Assembly: GCA_021498095.1 (NCBI GenBank)
Contig: JAIZWK010000001.1
Coordinates: 3,690,001 to 3,722,000, forward strand
Direction: 5' to 3'
DNA: 32,000 nucleotides
Source: Candidatus Harpocratesius repetitus
GTDB taxonomy: Archaea; Asgardarchaeota; Lokiarchaeia; Sigyniarchaeales; Promethearchaeaceae
Both the position numbers and the translations under genes were made by a program. The notes under the pieces were generated by a model, which saw only the letters and a list, made by a program, of their open reading frames with translations, made no database searches and was not told the origin of the DNA. Positions within the stretch are counted from its first letter, which is position 1; each line of letters begins with the position of its first letter. Below, in pieces: positions 1-9,180 of the stretch.

Positions 1-74
1 ATACCTATTCTGGCAGCAATTTGTGTAATTGGTAGCAAATGGGCTTCCCGAGCAATTTCAATATCCGGTTTCAT
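1..74 (-). CDS. fhs: Formate--tetrahydrofolate ligase, N-terminal fragment (runs off the left edge; not in ORF track)
   Basis: Manual translation from ATG at 74 gives MKPDIEIAREAHLLPITQIAARIG, matching the typical FTHFS N-terminus (xDIEIAxxAxLxPIxxIAxxLG). GGAGA lies just upstream, and the gene follows hutI on the same strand after 62 nt. Only 24 codons are visible. Confidence 0.75.
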   Translation of the reverse strand, partial: MKPDIEIAREAHLLPITQIAARIG

Positions 75-136
75 ATAATCTCTCCAATCGATGTGATTTT
101 GATGTAAAAAAAGAGGATTTTAGTATAAAAAGAAAA

Positions 137-1396
137 TCAGACAATTTGTTTTCCTTTTCGATATACCAAAAAGGGTTTTAAAGAACCTTGGTTATAAACA
201 ATTTCTTGATATTTATTACAATTAAACGCAATAAAATCCGCTAGTTTTCCCTGAGCGAGAACACCCCGATCATTTAATGATAAGGCATCAGCAGCCCTCT
301 TTGTAATACCTGCGAGAGTCTCTGCAATTGTAAGTTTTTGATATGCACCTAATAACGCGGCTTGAGTTAAAAGTTCACCCATAGGAGCAGAGCCGGGATT
401 CCAATCAGATGAAATTGCAACATTTAATCCAACATCTAACATTTTTCTTGCAGGTGCAAAATCAATCCCTAATCCTAAAGATGCACCAGGAAGAGCAACA
501 GCAATCACATTTGCTTCTTTTAGCATACGGAGATGGGCTTCATCTGATACTTCTAAATGTTCAGCAGATAAAGCACCAACATCGGCAGCTACTTCGGAGC
601 CACCCATTGTAAATTGATCTCCATGCACAATAACTTGAAATCCAAGTTCCTTGGCATAATTTAAATATTTACGGGCAGAATCGGGACTGAAAGCACTTTC
701 TTCAATAAATATATCTACTCGATTTGCCAAATTTTTTTCTTTTACAACCGGTAATAGTTTATCCATAATTTCTTGTAAATATTTTTCTGGATCTTGAAAT
801 TCGGGCGGACAGGTATGGGCAGCTAAACATGTTGGTATTAAATCAGGTAATAATGCACGTGAACGATTAGCTTGATTGATAACCTCTAACATTTTAAGTT
901 CTGCTTCTACAGTAAGTCCATATCCACTTTTTACTTCACATGTTGTGACACCGCGATGAAGATGGGTTAACCCTCGAATAAAGAGATTATCAAATAACTC
1001 TTTTTCTGATGCATTACGAGTTTTACGAACAGTATCAAGCATTCCTCCTCCAGATTTTGCGATATTTAGATATGTTTCACCTGATAACCTGCGAGCATAA
1101 TCTTCAGCACGTGTTCCAGCGTAGCACATATGAGTATGGCAGTCAATCATTCCAGGCATTGCCACTGCATTCTCAGTAATTTTGTGAAAAATAGTTCCTG
1201 AACCGTGGAATTTTGCATGAGATACTTCCTTTTCAAATTCATCTTTGGAAAGAATACGCTCAATTTTATCTTCAACAATTAAAATTCCCCCATTGGAGAT
1301 AATTTCCAATTTATCATCAGAAATAGGCCCAGCAGAGGGTAAATTTTGCATGGTAAGGATTTGCTTAAAAGGACCGATTAGTTTTTTATCCGACAT
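137..1396 (-). CDS. hutI: Imidazolonepropionase (amidohydrolase superfamily)
   Basis: DCHTH metal motif, GG(M)LDTVRKTR, TTCEVKSGYG, HGDQF, SAEHLE and DWNPGS are HutI signatures. Confidence 0.95.
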   Translation of the reverse strand: MSDKKLIGPFKQILTMQNLPSAGPISDDKLEIISNGGILIVEDKIERILSKDEFEKEVSHAKFHGSGTIFHKITENAVAMPGMIDCHTHMCYAGTRAEDYARRLSGETYLNIAKSGGGMLDTVRKTRNASEKELFDNLFIRGLTHLHRGVTTCEVKSGYGLTVEAELKMLEVINQANRSRALLPDLIPTCLAAHTCPPEFQDPEKYLQEIMDKLLPVVKEKNLANRVDIFIEESAFSPDSARKYLNYAKELGFQVIVHGDQFTMGGSEVAADVGALSAEHLEVSDEAHLRMLKEANVIAVALPGASLGLGIDFAPARKMLDVGLNVAISSDWNPGSAPMGELLTQAALLGAYQKLTIAETLAGITKRAADALSLNDRGVLAQGKLADFIAFNCNKYQEIVYNQGSLKPFLVYRKGKQIV

Positions 1397-1400
1397 TATT

Positions 1401-1406
1401 ACCTCC
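1401..1406 (-). promoter_or_regulatory. Shine-Dalgarno (GGAGGT) of hutI
   Basis: acctcc on + strand reads GGAGGT on the - strand, 4 nt upstream of the ATG at 1396. Confidence 0.7.
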
Positions 1407-1454
1407 CTTCTAGTGAGCCAGTGCGAAATGAATTAAATAATTTGTGCTTTAAGA

Positions 1455-1928
1455 TTGAAACTAAATTTATTAATCAGAATTTCTAATATATCATTGGTCG
1501 TTTCAATGAAAAGTAATATTTGCGAATTCTGCGGTGAACCTCTACGGATGTTAATTCAATCGAATTATGTAATCTGTCCGATTTGTGAGCGAAAAGTGTG
1601 CCTTAAATGTCAAAAACTTGGATTATGTCCAGAACATTATGAAGAAATTCCAGAAACAACTAAATCTGATCTTAAAAGACTAAGAAGATTTTTAGTAATA
1701 TCCATTATTATTATCTCAGTAATATATTTTGCTTTCACATTCTTACTTATTTATATAAATAATGACATAAGAATTATCATTTTTGCTTCAAGTGGTGTTC
1801 AAAAATTGGTTTACTTTTTATTATTTCTTCCCTATATCCCTATTTTTTTAGGGATTTTAATCTCTTATGATAAAAAAGTGAAGAAATTACTTCGATATTC
1901 AATCGAACATTGGAAAAATAAGCGATGA
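1455..1928 (+). CDS. Membrane protein with N-terminal 8-ligand (C7H) zinc finger and two TM helices; probable start ATG 1506
   Basis: CEFC-x14-CPIC-x4-CLKC-x5-CPEH followed by two hydrophobic segments. Confidence 0.7.
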   Translation: MKLNLLIRISNISLVVSMKSNICEFCGEPLRMLIQSNYVICPICERKVCLKCQKLGLCPEHYEEIPETTKSDLKRLRRFLVISIIIISVIYFAFTFLLIYINNDIRIIIFASSGVQKLVYFLLFLPYIPIFLGILISYDKKVKKLLRYSIEHWKNKR

Positions 1929-2183
1929 TAAGGGTTAACTTTTCTCGAAATTCTGCTTGAGAATCCATTTTTAATCATTTTTACGATATAAATTCTATAA
2001 GATACTTAACTTTGATGAAAGAATAATTAAAATACATTCTAAAAAGTGGCTTTATACCCTTCAGTTACATTTTTGTTTAGTTTTTTCTATTTTCTTTTTT
2101 GATATTTTTATTTATCTTCTCAACAAAATGATAGAAATTGTAGCTAAATTTTATTTTATCTAAATTTTTGATATACACAAGAA

Positions 2184-3428
2184 ATGATTAACAAGGATGA
2201 TTTGTTTGAATTAACTAAAAAGATTTTAGAAGAGACAGATCGCATCATACGCCAATTTGGACCGAGATTGACTGGAACTAAGCCTTGTAGTAATGTTGCT
2301 GATGAATTGCATAAAAAACTTAACCAATTTTGCGATGATAGTAAGATAGAAAGATTTAATACTCATCCTGCTTCTTTTACTTTTTACATTCGGTTTCTCT
2401 CGATTATGTATGCAATTAGTGTTACTTTGTTCTACTTAAGAACAAATTGGTTAATTTTACCCTTAATTGGATTATTTATTGGAATTTTCATGATGATCTC
2501 TATTTTTGCATTTTATCAGCAATTTTTTGATCGATTCTTTCCAAAAAAAATTGGTAAAAATGTCTATGGCGTGATAGAACCGAGTTCAGAGGTTAATCAG
2601 CAAATTATCCTTTCAGGTCACCATGATAGTGCTCAAAAAATCCGAATTTTGGATTCTGGATTCCAAAAATTGTATCCAGTGGTAATATTGGCACCATATT
2701 TCTTTTTTCTATATGCAATTGTGATTAGTATAATTGGGATTATTAATAAATTCGAAAATATATCGTCTCCTATAATTCTCGTGTTATTTCTATTCGGTAT
2801 TCCGTTTGTTTTATCATATTTCTTCATTGTTACCAAAGATGCTTCTCCTGGAGCGGGAGATAACTTAATTTCCTCATTGCTTTTTATTGAATTAGGAAAA
2901 TATCTAAAGATACAGATAAAAACAAAAAATTGTGCATTAAATCATACAAGAATAATAATTGTTAGTTTTGATGCTGAAGAGTGTGGATTGCGCGGTTCTG
3001 CTGCGTTTATGAAAGCCCATAAAGAAATGTTCAAGCAATTACCAACATATCATTTAAATTTTGATAGTTTATACAATTTGGATGAATTGCATGTTCTCAC
3101 AGCTGATATTAATGGCAATGTCCCCTTATCTGAAGAAATGGCAGATGAGATTGTAAAGATCGGTAGAAAAGAAGCAATTTCCATTAAAAAATTCAAAATG
3201 TTATTTGGAGGAGGGGGAACTGATGCAGCTGAAAGTGCCCGAATGGGAATTCCTTCCACAACATTAATTGCCATGCCCACAAAAGTCATCAGAGATGGAT
3301 TAGTATATCATACCAGAAGAGATACGGTGGAAAATATCGATCCTGCTGTGGTAAAATGTTGTTTAAAAATTGCATGGAATTATATATGGAATAAAGAAAG
3401 AAAAAAAGAACTTATAAACAATATTTAG
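2184..3428 (+). CDS. M28-family Zn-dependent peptidase with transmembrane insertions
   Basis: GHHDS, PGAGDN, FDAEECGLRGS, NFDSL and YHTRRDT metal/catalytic motifs; hydrophobic hairpins. Confidence 0.85.
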   Translation: MINKDDLFELTKKILEETDRIIRQFGPRLTGTKPCSNVADELHKKLNQFCDDSKIERFNTHPASFTFYIRFLSIMYAISVTLFYLRTNWLILPLIGLFIGIFMMISIFAFYQQFFDRFFPKKIGKNVYGVIEPSSEVNQQIILSGHHDSAQKIRILDSGFQKLYPVVILAPYFFFLYAIVISIIGIINKFENISSPIILVLFLFGIPFVLSYFFIVTKDASPGAGDNLISSLLFIELGKYLKIQIKTKNCALNHTRIIIVSFDAEECGLRGSAAFMKAHKEMFKQLPTYHLNFDSLYNLDELHVLTADINGNVPLSEEMADEIVKIGRKEAISIKKFKMLFGGGGTDAAESARMGIPSTTLIAMPTKVIRDGLVYHTRRDTVENIDPAVVKCCLKIAWNYIWNKERKKELINNI

Positions 3429-3561
3429 TATGAAATAGATATCTATGGAGATATTAAAGTTTCAATACTGGAAAATTAAAGATCCATATAGTGGCATAAA
3501 GGAATTCGTAAGTAAAAAATTAAAGATTACAAATTTTATTGATTACTGAAATAAAAGAAAA

Positions 3562-4551
3562 TTAAATTTGAATACTTTTAAGTCTTTTAGTTAGTATTTT
3601 AAATACTAACAAGACGAAAGCATCCTCTACATTGATATTATTTAGAGCACTGGTTTCTAAATACCCCATGTTATATTTAGACGCCAGATTATTTGCTTCT
3701 TCTGTTGAAACAACTTTAGAAAGATCAGATTTATTCCCAACCAAAAGAGATTCGTATTCACCTTCAATATAGGAATCTAATTCAGATTTCCACTGATGAA
3801 TATGGTCGAATGTTTTTCGATCGTGCAAATCAAATACGAGAATTACTGCCATAGTTCCCTTATAATAACTTCTTCTTACACGTTTGAAGAATTTTTGCGA
3901 TCCAATGTCATAAATGTTTAAGTGGACTCGGTTTTCCATAAGTGTATACGTATGGGTCATAATATTCAACCCAATTGTCGGTCGAAAATCTTTTGGAAAA
4001 ACACCATCAACAAAGCGGTTTACCAAGCTTGTTTTTCCAACACCTGAATCCCCTACTAAAGTAAACTTAAAAACCCATTGTTGAATCTCATTAGAACTCG
4101 AGTCCAACAGTTTTGAACCTAATATTTCTCCCAATTTTGGAATTTCTAGATCAACAGATTGGTTTTCTGATAAAATTCTATAAAATTTTTCTGTAGCTAA
4201 GTAAAGAAAAGGTTGAAGTTTATCAATCCATGCATCAATCGATACTATATAGATGAAAGTCCACTCATCAACAAAAATACTAATACTACGAAAGTTCTCA
4301 GCATCTATAATAGCATTAGCATAAGGTGAATCCGATTGAATTTCTTGAATTCGACGCAAAATCGGATCTAGATCAAAATTAATTGATGAATATTGATTTC
4401 TTGCATGATTAACCTTTGAACCAAATGCTTTTTGAATCTCAGACGAATATATCAGTTCCTTTCCATGTTTTAAAATATAAAGCCTTTGTAATTCAGGTAT
4501 ATTACATGCTAAGTTAGAAGAAAGAGTATTCAGTAGCAAATTTTGATTCAT
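3562..4551 (-). CDS. Rab/Ras-like small GTPase with N-terminal roadblock/longin-like domain
   Basis: G1 GDSGVGKTS, G2 FRPTIG, G3 variant DIGSQ, G4 NKSD, G5 ETSAL. The ~150-aa N-terminal extension has a helix-beta-beta-helix-beta-beta-beta-helix pattern. The GTPase call is secure; the N-domain fold is inferred. Confidence 0.9.
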   Translation of the reverse strand: MNQNLLLNTLSSNLACNIPELQRLYILKHGKELIYSSEIQKAFGSKVNHARNQYSSINFDLDPILRRIQEIQSDSPYANAIIDAENFRSISIFVDEWTFIYIVSIDAWIDKLQPFLYLATEKFYRILSENQSVDLEIPKLGEILGSKLLDSSSNEIQQWVFKFTLVGDSGVGKTSLVNRFVDGVFPKDFRPTIGLNIMTHTYTLMENRVHLNIYDIGSQKFFKRVRRSYYKGTMAVILVFDLHDRKTFDHIHQWKSELDSYIEGEYESLLVGNKSDLSKVVSTEEANNLASKYNMGYLETSALNNINVEDAFVLLVFKILTKRLKSIQI

Positions 4552-4616
4552 TATTATAAAAAAAGAAATTGATCCTAAGTAAATATTGATTGAATGATAA
4601 TAATAGAGTAAATGAG

Positions 4617-4781
4617 TTATTTAATTCTAGTGGCAGTATTGCAGTGTTTACAACGGATAACTTGCTTAAGTTTTAAAGATTGATAACGGTAAACTCCAAG
4701 AACTAGCTTTTTGCCGCATTTTGCACAACGTTCATTTAAAATTTTTTCTTGTAAGCAAATTCCGTTTTTTACAATTTCCAT
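4617..4781 (-). CDS. Small zinc-ribbon protein (about 54 aa; start revised from 4868 to ATG 4781)
   Basis: CAKC...CKHC pairs. The longer track start overlaps the divergent oxidoreductase gene. Confidence 0.55.
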   Translation of the reverse strand: MEIVKNGICLQEKILNERCAKCGKKLVLGVYRYQSLKLKQVIRCKHCNTATRIK

Positions 4782-4846
4782 TCTATTTAAAAAAAGTGAA
4801 AGATTCTTTTTAAGAATATTTGGAATAATTAGATTTTGATTAGTGA

Positions 4847-6055
4847 ATGAATAATATGCAAAAACCAACTCAACCTATTGGTAGTAAAGATAATCCTTAT
4901 GATATTGTAATTAGTGGAGCGGGTCCGGCTGGTTTGACAGCGGGTATTTTTGCCGGTCGATACAAATTAAAAGCACTTATCTGTGAAAAAGAAGAACATC
5001 CATGGTCATTTCCCAGAGGAGAAACACTACATAATGCAAAAATCTTTTCTCAAGTATTAGGTGATAATGTTCTTAATCTAATTTCTATCCATATAACCGC
5101 TGCGCGTAAATTTAACAGCCCTATGGTAAAGAACACTGTAGAGGTTTTTCGAAGAACACCTTCAATTGTTTTTGAATGGAATAATTTCATAGAATTACTA
5201 AAATCACGTTTATTAGAGACAGCAACAAAAATACGAACCAATTCAGAGGTTGAAGAATTAATTTATGAAGACAACAAGTGTTGTGGAATTCGATTGCAAA
5301 ATGGTGAAGAAATCTATGCAAAATCGATAATTGTTGCAGATGGCCACAACAGCCTTATCGGTAAAAATTTTCACATTCCCTATGAAAAAATTAATTTTCC
5401 AATTGTTAAACGAATTATTCGGAATTTTCACGGAGATTATTATGGTTTTGAGTACTTTTTTTTGGTTCCTGGGATGTTGAATTATGCACCCCGATTTCCT
5501 CCAGCAGTAATTTTTGTTTTTCCAAGAAATAAGGAAAAATGTGAAGTAGGAATGATGATCTTCGCAGATGTTGCTAAAAAACTCAAAAATTCATGTGATT
5601 TACCCGATGAAGCTGAAATAATGCGTGTTTGGAATCAATTAATTGCCACATATCCCCGGTTCTCTGATTTAATGCGCAATACGGAGATTGAATTTGAAGG
5701 ATTTACTTATATCGGTGCAGGAGAAATATATAATAATCCAATGCCTGTTCCTGGTGTCTTTCTAACCGGTGAAGCGATGGGTTTTATTGAAAAATCGGGA
5801 GCATCTGGGATTGCCTCATCGATGCAAATAGCAAAATTTGCAGTTGATTATATTGCTTCGAAAAAAAGTATTTACTGGTCCAAATCTTCAGCAAAATCTT
5901 ATTCACGCACATTAAAACGAACAGATTTTTATCATCATATTAGAAAAAATGCACAAAAAACCCAAATACAAAAATATTTTTTCTTTCAATATTTACGAAC
6001 AGAAGAGAAAATAAATAAAAAATGGAATTTGGTAAAAGCACTCTATAAAGTATGA
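4847..6055 (+). CDS. FAD-dependent oxidoreductase, geranylgeranyl reductase-like family
   Basis: GAGPAG Rossmann motif, IVADG, GEAMGFI..GASGIASS; about 400 aa. Substrate unproven. Confidence 0.75.
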   Translation: MNNMQKPTQPIGSKDNPYDIVISGAGPAGLTAGIFAGRYKLKALICEKEEHPWSFPRGETLHNAKIFSQVLGDNVLNLISIHITAARKFNSPMVKNTVEVFRRTPSIVFEWNNFIELLKSRLLETATKIRTNSEVEELIYEDNKCCGIRLQNGEEIYAKSIIVADGHNSLIGKNFHIPYEKINFPIVKRIIRNFHGDYYGFEYFFLVPGMLNYAPRFPPAVIFVFPRNKEKCEVGMMIFADVAKKLKNSCDLPDEAEIMRVWNQLIATYPRFSDLMRNTEIEFEGFTYIGAGEIYNNPMPVPGVFLTGEAMGFIEKSGASGIASSMQIAKFAVDYIASKKSIYWSKSSAKSYSRTLKRTDFYHHIRKNAQKTQIQKYFFFQYLRTEEKINKKWNLVKALYKV

Positions 6056-6063
6056 AATGTTGT

Positions 6064-7026
6064 TTATTCTAATGATTTTTTCAAATTTAGATAATCTGTA
6101 TAAGTATCAACATCTAAAAATAAAAAATTGCTACTTTTTTGATAATTCTGTGGTAGTTTTTTGAAGGTTATTTCTATAGCTTTAAATATAGTGCCTTGTC
6201 TTAATAGATTTTGGATTCCACCAAGTAATGTTGAAAATGAAGGAGATGAATTATTGAAAAGTGAATCTACTGTTTTTTTGGAAAGAATAACTACAGGTAA
6301 AAGAAGTGGTAAATTTTTACGATTAGGATTTTCACAAATAAAAGTTTTTCGTGTTAAAATTCTAGATACTATAGGAAACTTAAGTTTAAACTCATAAGAC
6401 TTATTCAACTTATTCAATTTCTTCGATTTATTTGAGGTATTTGAGTTATTTGATTTATTTAAACCCTTTGAGTTATTTGAGTTTATAATATCGTTTGAAT
6501 CTTGAGAAAATGAATCTACTATATCTAATTCAAGGCAGAAACTCCCATACATGTAATCAATAGGAAGATTTGCATAAAAAAGAAAATTATTGTTTGCCAA
6601 TTCAGAAAAATTGTTTAAAATTTGTGACAAACAATCCCAAAAAATCGGTGAAAACCATGTATCTGCTGGAAATATAAGCAGTGATTTTATTCGATTTTGA
6701 TACAAACGCATTTCTCTAAATGAAAAGAATGGCCCAGCTATAAATGAGTTTCGAGCATTAACAATGATAGGGTTTTTTTTATTGTCATTGATTTTTTGAA
6801 TCCATTTAGTGATTTCTTCATAATAATAGCCTAAAACAAGATAAATATCATTGATCGGAAGAGATCGTAAATGAGAGATAATTGCTGAAAGAGTATTTTC
6901 TTCAGTTGAATCAAGAGGCATCAAAGATTTAGGAAGTTTTGGTTCATTTTTGTCTTTTGATTCACGAAATCGTTCCCCTTTCCCAGCAGCTAAAATAACA
7001 GAATCAATCATGAGTTTTACTGCCAT
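6064..7026 (-). CDS. Nucleotidyltransferase (NTP_transf; LicC/IPCT/MobA-like) with Asn/Ser/Lys-rich insertion
   Basis: ILAAGKGERF, PKSL, VLGY, PAD and C-terminal DVDTYTDY. The start overlaps the map stop codon region. Confidence 0.75.
   Translation of the reverse strand: MAVKLMIDSVILAAGKGERFRESKDKNEPKLPKSLMPLDSTEENTLSAIISHLRSLPINDIYLVLGYYYEEITKWIQKINDNKKNPIIVNARNSFIAGPFFSFREMRLYQNRIKSLLIFPADTWFSPIFWDCLSQILNNFSELANNNFLFYANLPIDYMYGSFCLELDIVDSFSQDSNDIINSNNSKGLNKSNNSNTSNKSKKLNKLNKSYEFKLKFPIVSRILTRKTFICENPNRKNLPLLLPVVILSKKTVDSLFNNSSPSFSTLLGGIQNLLRQGTIFKAIEITFKKLPQNYQKSSNFLFLDVDTYTDYLNLKKSLE
6401..6481. repeat. Degenerate in-frame 9-bp tandem repeat (about 9 units, consensus ttatttgag) inside the nucleotidyltransferase gene
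   Basis: Units: ttattcaac/ttattcaat/ttcttcgat/ttatttgag/gtatttgag/ttatttgat/ttatttaaa/ccctttgag/ttatttgag. Confidence 0.8.
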
Positions 7027-8015
7027 AATTTATGGTAATCAAAATCTTCCCACCAAGTGGTTGGAATTGCTCCTTCTTTCGTAATTAAGAGAGTATGCTC
7101 GTGTTGAGCCACCAAACCTTGCGCACGTTCTACGAAAACGTTATAACCCTGCAGAATTCCTTGCCGATAATATTTCAAAATAACATCATTTACTTTTTCT
7201 TCTGGAATGAAATCTACCCAGCGTGGTGAAAAGGGAAAAGCACCGAATTTTTCTTTAAACTTTTTCAATCTAATTCGTTCAATTTGGGGAAGATTCTTCT
7301 TTTTATGAATATTTTTTACTTCAAAGATTGTTATTTCCTTTCCATTACGAATTGCTCCATAACCATTTGTGCTGAATGGTTCAATGGCTATTTGATCTCC
7401 TTCTTTTAAAATATAATTCTCCAAACCTGAACCGACATTAGGTATAAAGGGAGATCCATGAAGATCCCATCGAGATACACGATGTCCTCCAAGATTGGAA
7501 ACTGGAGTTAAATCTTTATATTTTTCAATTTCAACTTGAATTGCAGCACCAATTGTTCTAATATTAACACCAGGTTTTGCAAGACTAATAGCAGTATATA
7601 ATGCATCTTTTGCTGCTTTAATGAGATCTGAATAAATACCACGATCATTTCCTAAATTTATTGTAACCGCTGCATCTGCGACATACCCATCAACATGACC
7701 TCCTAAATCAATTTTCAATAAGCCATGTTCTGGAAGTACTTGCTGTTCTTTAATAACGGGAGAATAATGAGCAGCAATGTGATTAATACCTAAATTAGCT
7801 GGAAATGCAAGACCTTCAGCACCTTGAGCGAGAATATCATCTTCTAAAACTTTTGCAAGATCACCCATATTTGTCCCCGGTCGAGCAATTTGATAGGATA
7901 ATTTTAAAGCATGAGCAACTGCTTTTCCAGCCTTCATATATTTTTCAATTATATCGGAAGTAAGTTCATATTCCATTGATACGTCAATTGGATATATGGA
8001 TGCGAAGTTATTCAA
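7017..8015 (-). CDS. map: Methionine aminopeptidase, type II (archaeal/eukaryotic)
   Basis: AAHYSP, DLGGHVDGYVADAAVT, GGH, AIEPF and QHEHT, plus the type II helical insertion. Confidence 0.95.
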   Translation of the reverse strand: MNNFASIYPIDVSMEYELTSDIIEKYMKAGKAVAHALKLSYQIARPGTNMGDLAKVLEDDILAQGAEGLAFPANLGINHIAAHYSPVIKEQQVLPEHGLLKIDLGGHVDGYVADAAVTINLGNDRGIYSDLIKAAKDALYTAISLAKPGVNIRTIGAAIQVEIEKYKDLTPVSNLGGHRVSRWDLHGSPFIPNVGSGLENYILKEGDQIAIEPFSTNGYGAIRNGKEITIFEVKNIHKKKNLPQIERIRLKKFKEKFGAFPFSPRWVDFIPEEKVNDVILKYYRQGILQGYNVFVERAQGLVAQHEHTLLITKEGAIPTTWWEDFDYHKLWQ

Positions 8016-8102
8016 GGTTTTGATTTTTTTATATTTTTACCGCTAATGACTTCTTTTTTGATTTTCGAGAGAATTCTTAATCAATGAGCAATTCTCTACT
8101 TT

Positions 8103-9062
8103 GTGGAAAAATCATATATTAAAGCATATCTTTATATAATTATTGCTGTTTTTCTGTGGGCAACAATAGAAATTGTCATGAAATTAATTCAGAATAATAG
8201 CAGCCCATTTTTAATGAACTTTTTTAGATTCTTTATTGGTGGATTCACACTTTTATTCTATGCAATTACTGTAAAAAAAACAAAAAGTATCAAAAAATTC
8301 TTAATATCCCATCCAAAATATTATATTCCTGCGGCATTAATAGGATTAGCAGGTGGATTATTACTTTATTCATTTGGAACTAGTTTAACTGAAGCCTCAA
8401 TGTCTGCTGCAATTATAAGTTCTAACCCAATATTAATTTCAACTTATATGATATTTTTCAAAGGTGAATCCAAATCACCTTCTAAAATAACAGGAATTCT
8501 GCTTGGATTTATTGGAATGTTATTTATTGTAACAGAAATGCATTTTTCAGCATTTTTTAGCAACGAATATCTATTAGGAAATATGTTAGTTTTAGTAGGA
8601 ACATGTTTTTGGGTCGTTGACTTAATTCTGGGTAAATTAATTATGAATAAATCTCGACTTTCCTATCAAAATCATAAAGAAAACGAAGTTTTCTCAACAA
8701 AAGGCACAGAATCACAAAAGGTTTCAAGTCTAGATTTTAATGTATTAACATTCTTGCTTGCATCACTTTTTATGAGTCCCTATCTTCTAGTTTCAGATGA
8801 ATGGAGCGTGATTGTTTCTCAATCACTAAGTACTTGGCTAGGATTACTTTATATTGGAGTAGTCACTACAGGAATTGCCTATTTATTATTCTTTAAGGGA
8901 TTAGGATCTCTTGAAGCATCGAAAGGTTCAAATCTTTTTTATTTAAAACCAATTTTTGCTACAATTCTCGCAGTATTAGTATTGGATGAAATCCCCAGCA
9001 TATATTTCTATTTAGGAATTATTTTAGAAGTGATTGCATTAATTCTTATCTCAAAGAATTAA
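8103..9062 (+). CDS. EamA/DMT-family transporter
   Basis: About 10 TM helices in two repeats; FFRFF, AAII..NPI and YLKPIFAT motifs. Confidence 0.9.
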   Translation: MEKSYIKAYLYIIIAVFLWATIEIVMKLIQNNSSPFLMNFFRFFIGGFTLLFYAITVKKTKSIKKFLISHPKYYIPAALIGLAGGLLLYSFGTSLTEASMSAAIISSNPILISTYMIFFKGESKSPSKITGILLGFIGMLFIVTEMHFSAFFSNEYLLGNMLVLVGTCFWVVDLILGKLIMNKSRLSYQNHKENEVFSTKGTESQKVSSLDFNVLTFLLASLFMSPYLLVSDEWSVIVSQSLSTWLGLLYIGVVTTGIAYLLFFKGLGSLEASKGSNLFYLKPIFATILAVLVLDEIPSIYFYLGIILEVIALILISKN

Positions 9063-9180
9063 GATTTTCATCATATCTTTGTTTATTTTGATCATTTGTT
9101 TTTTTGTTGTTATATGAGGAAGAACTTTTTTTTGGATCCAAAGATATTTTAGCAACATCAGAAGATTATTAGTATTTTTC

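Noticed and set aside
409-612. Short antisense ORFs over hutI (also 1245..1436)
   Set aside because: Shadow frames of a well-supported gene; no motifs.
2633-6397. Short antisense ORFs 2633..2836, 3050..3289, 5050..5241 and 6161..6397
   Set aside because: Fully nested opposite confident CDSs; composition reflects the reverse strand.
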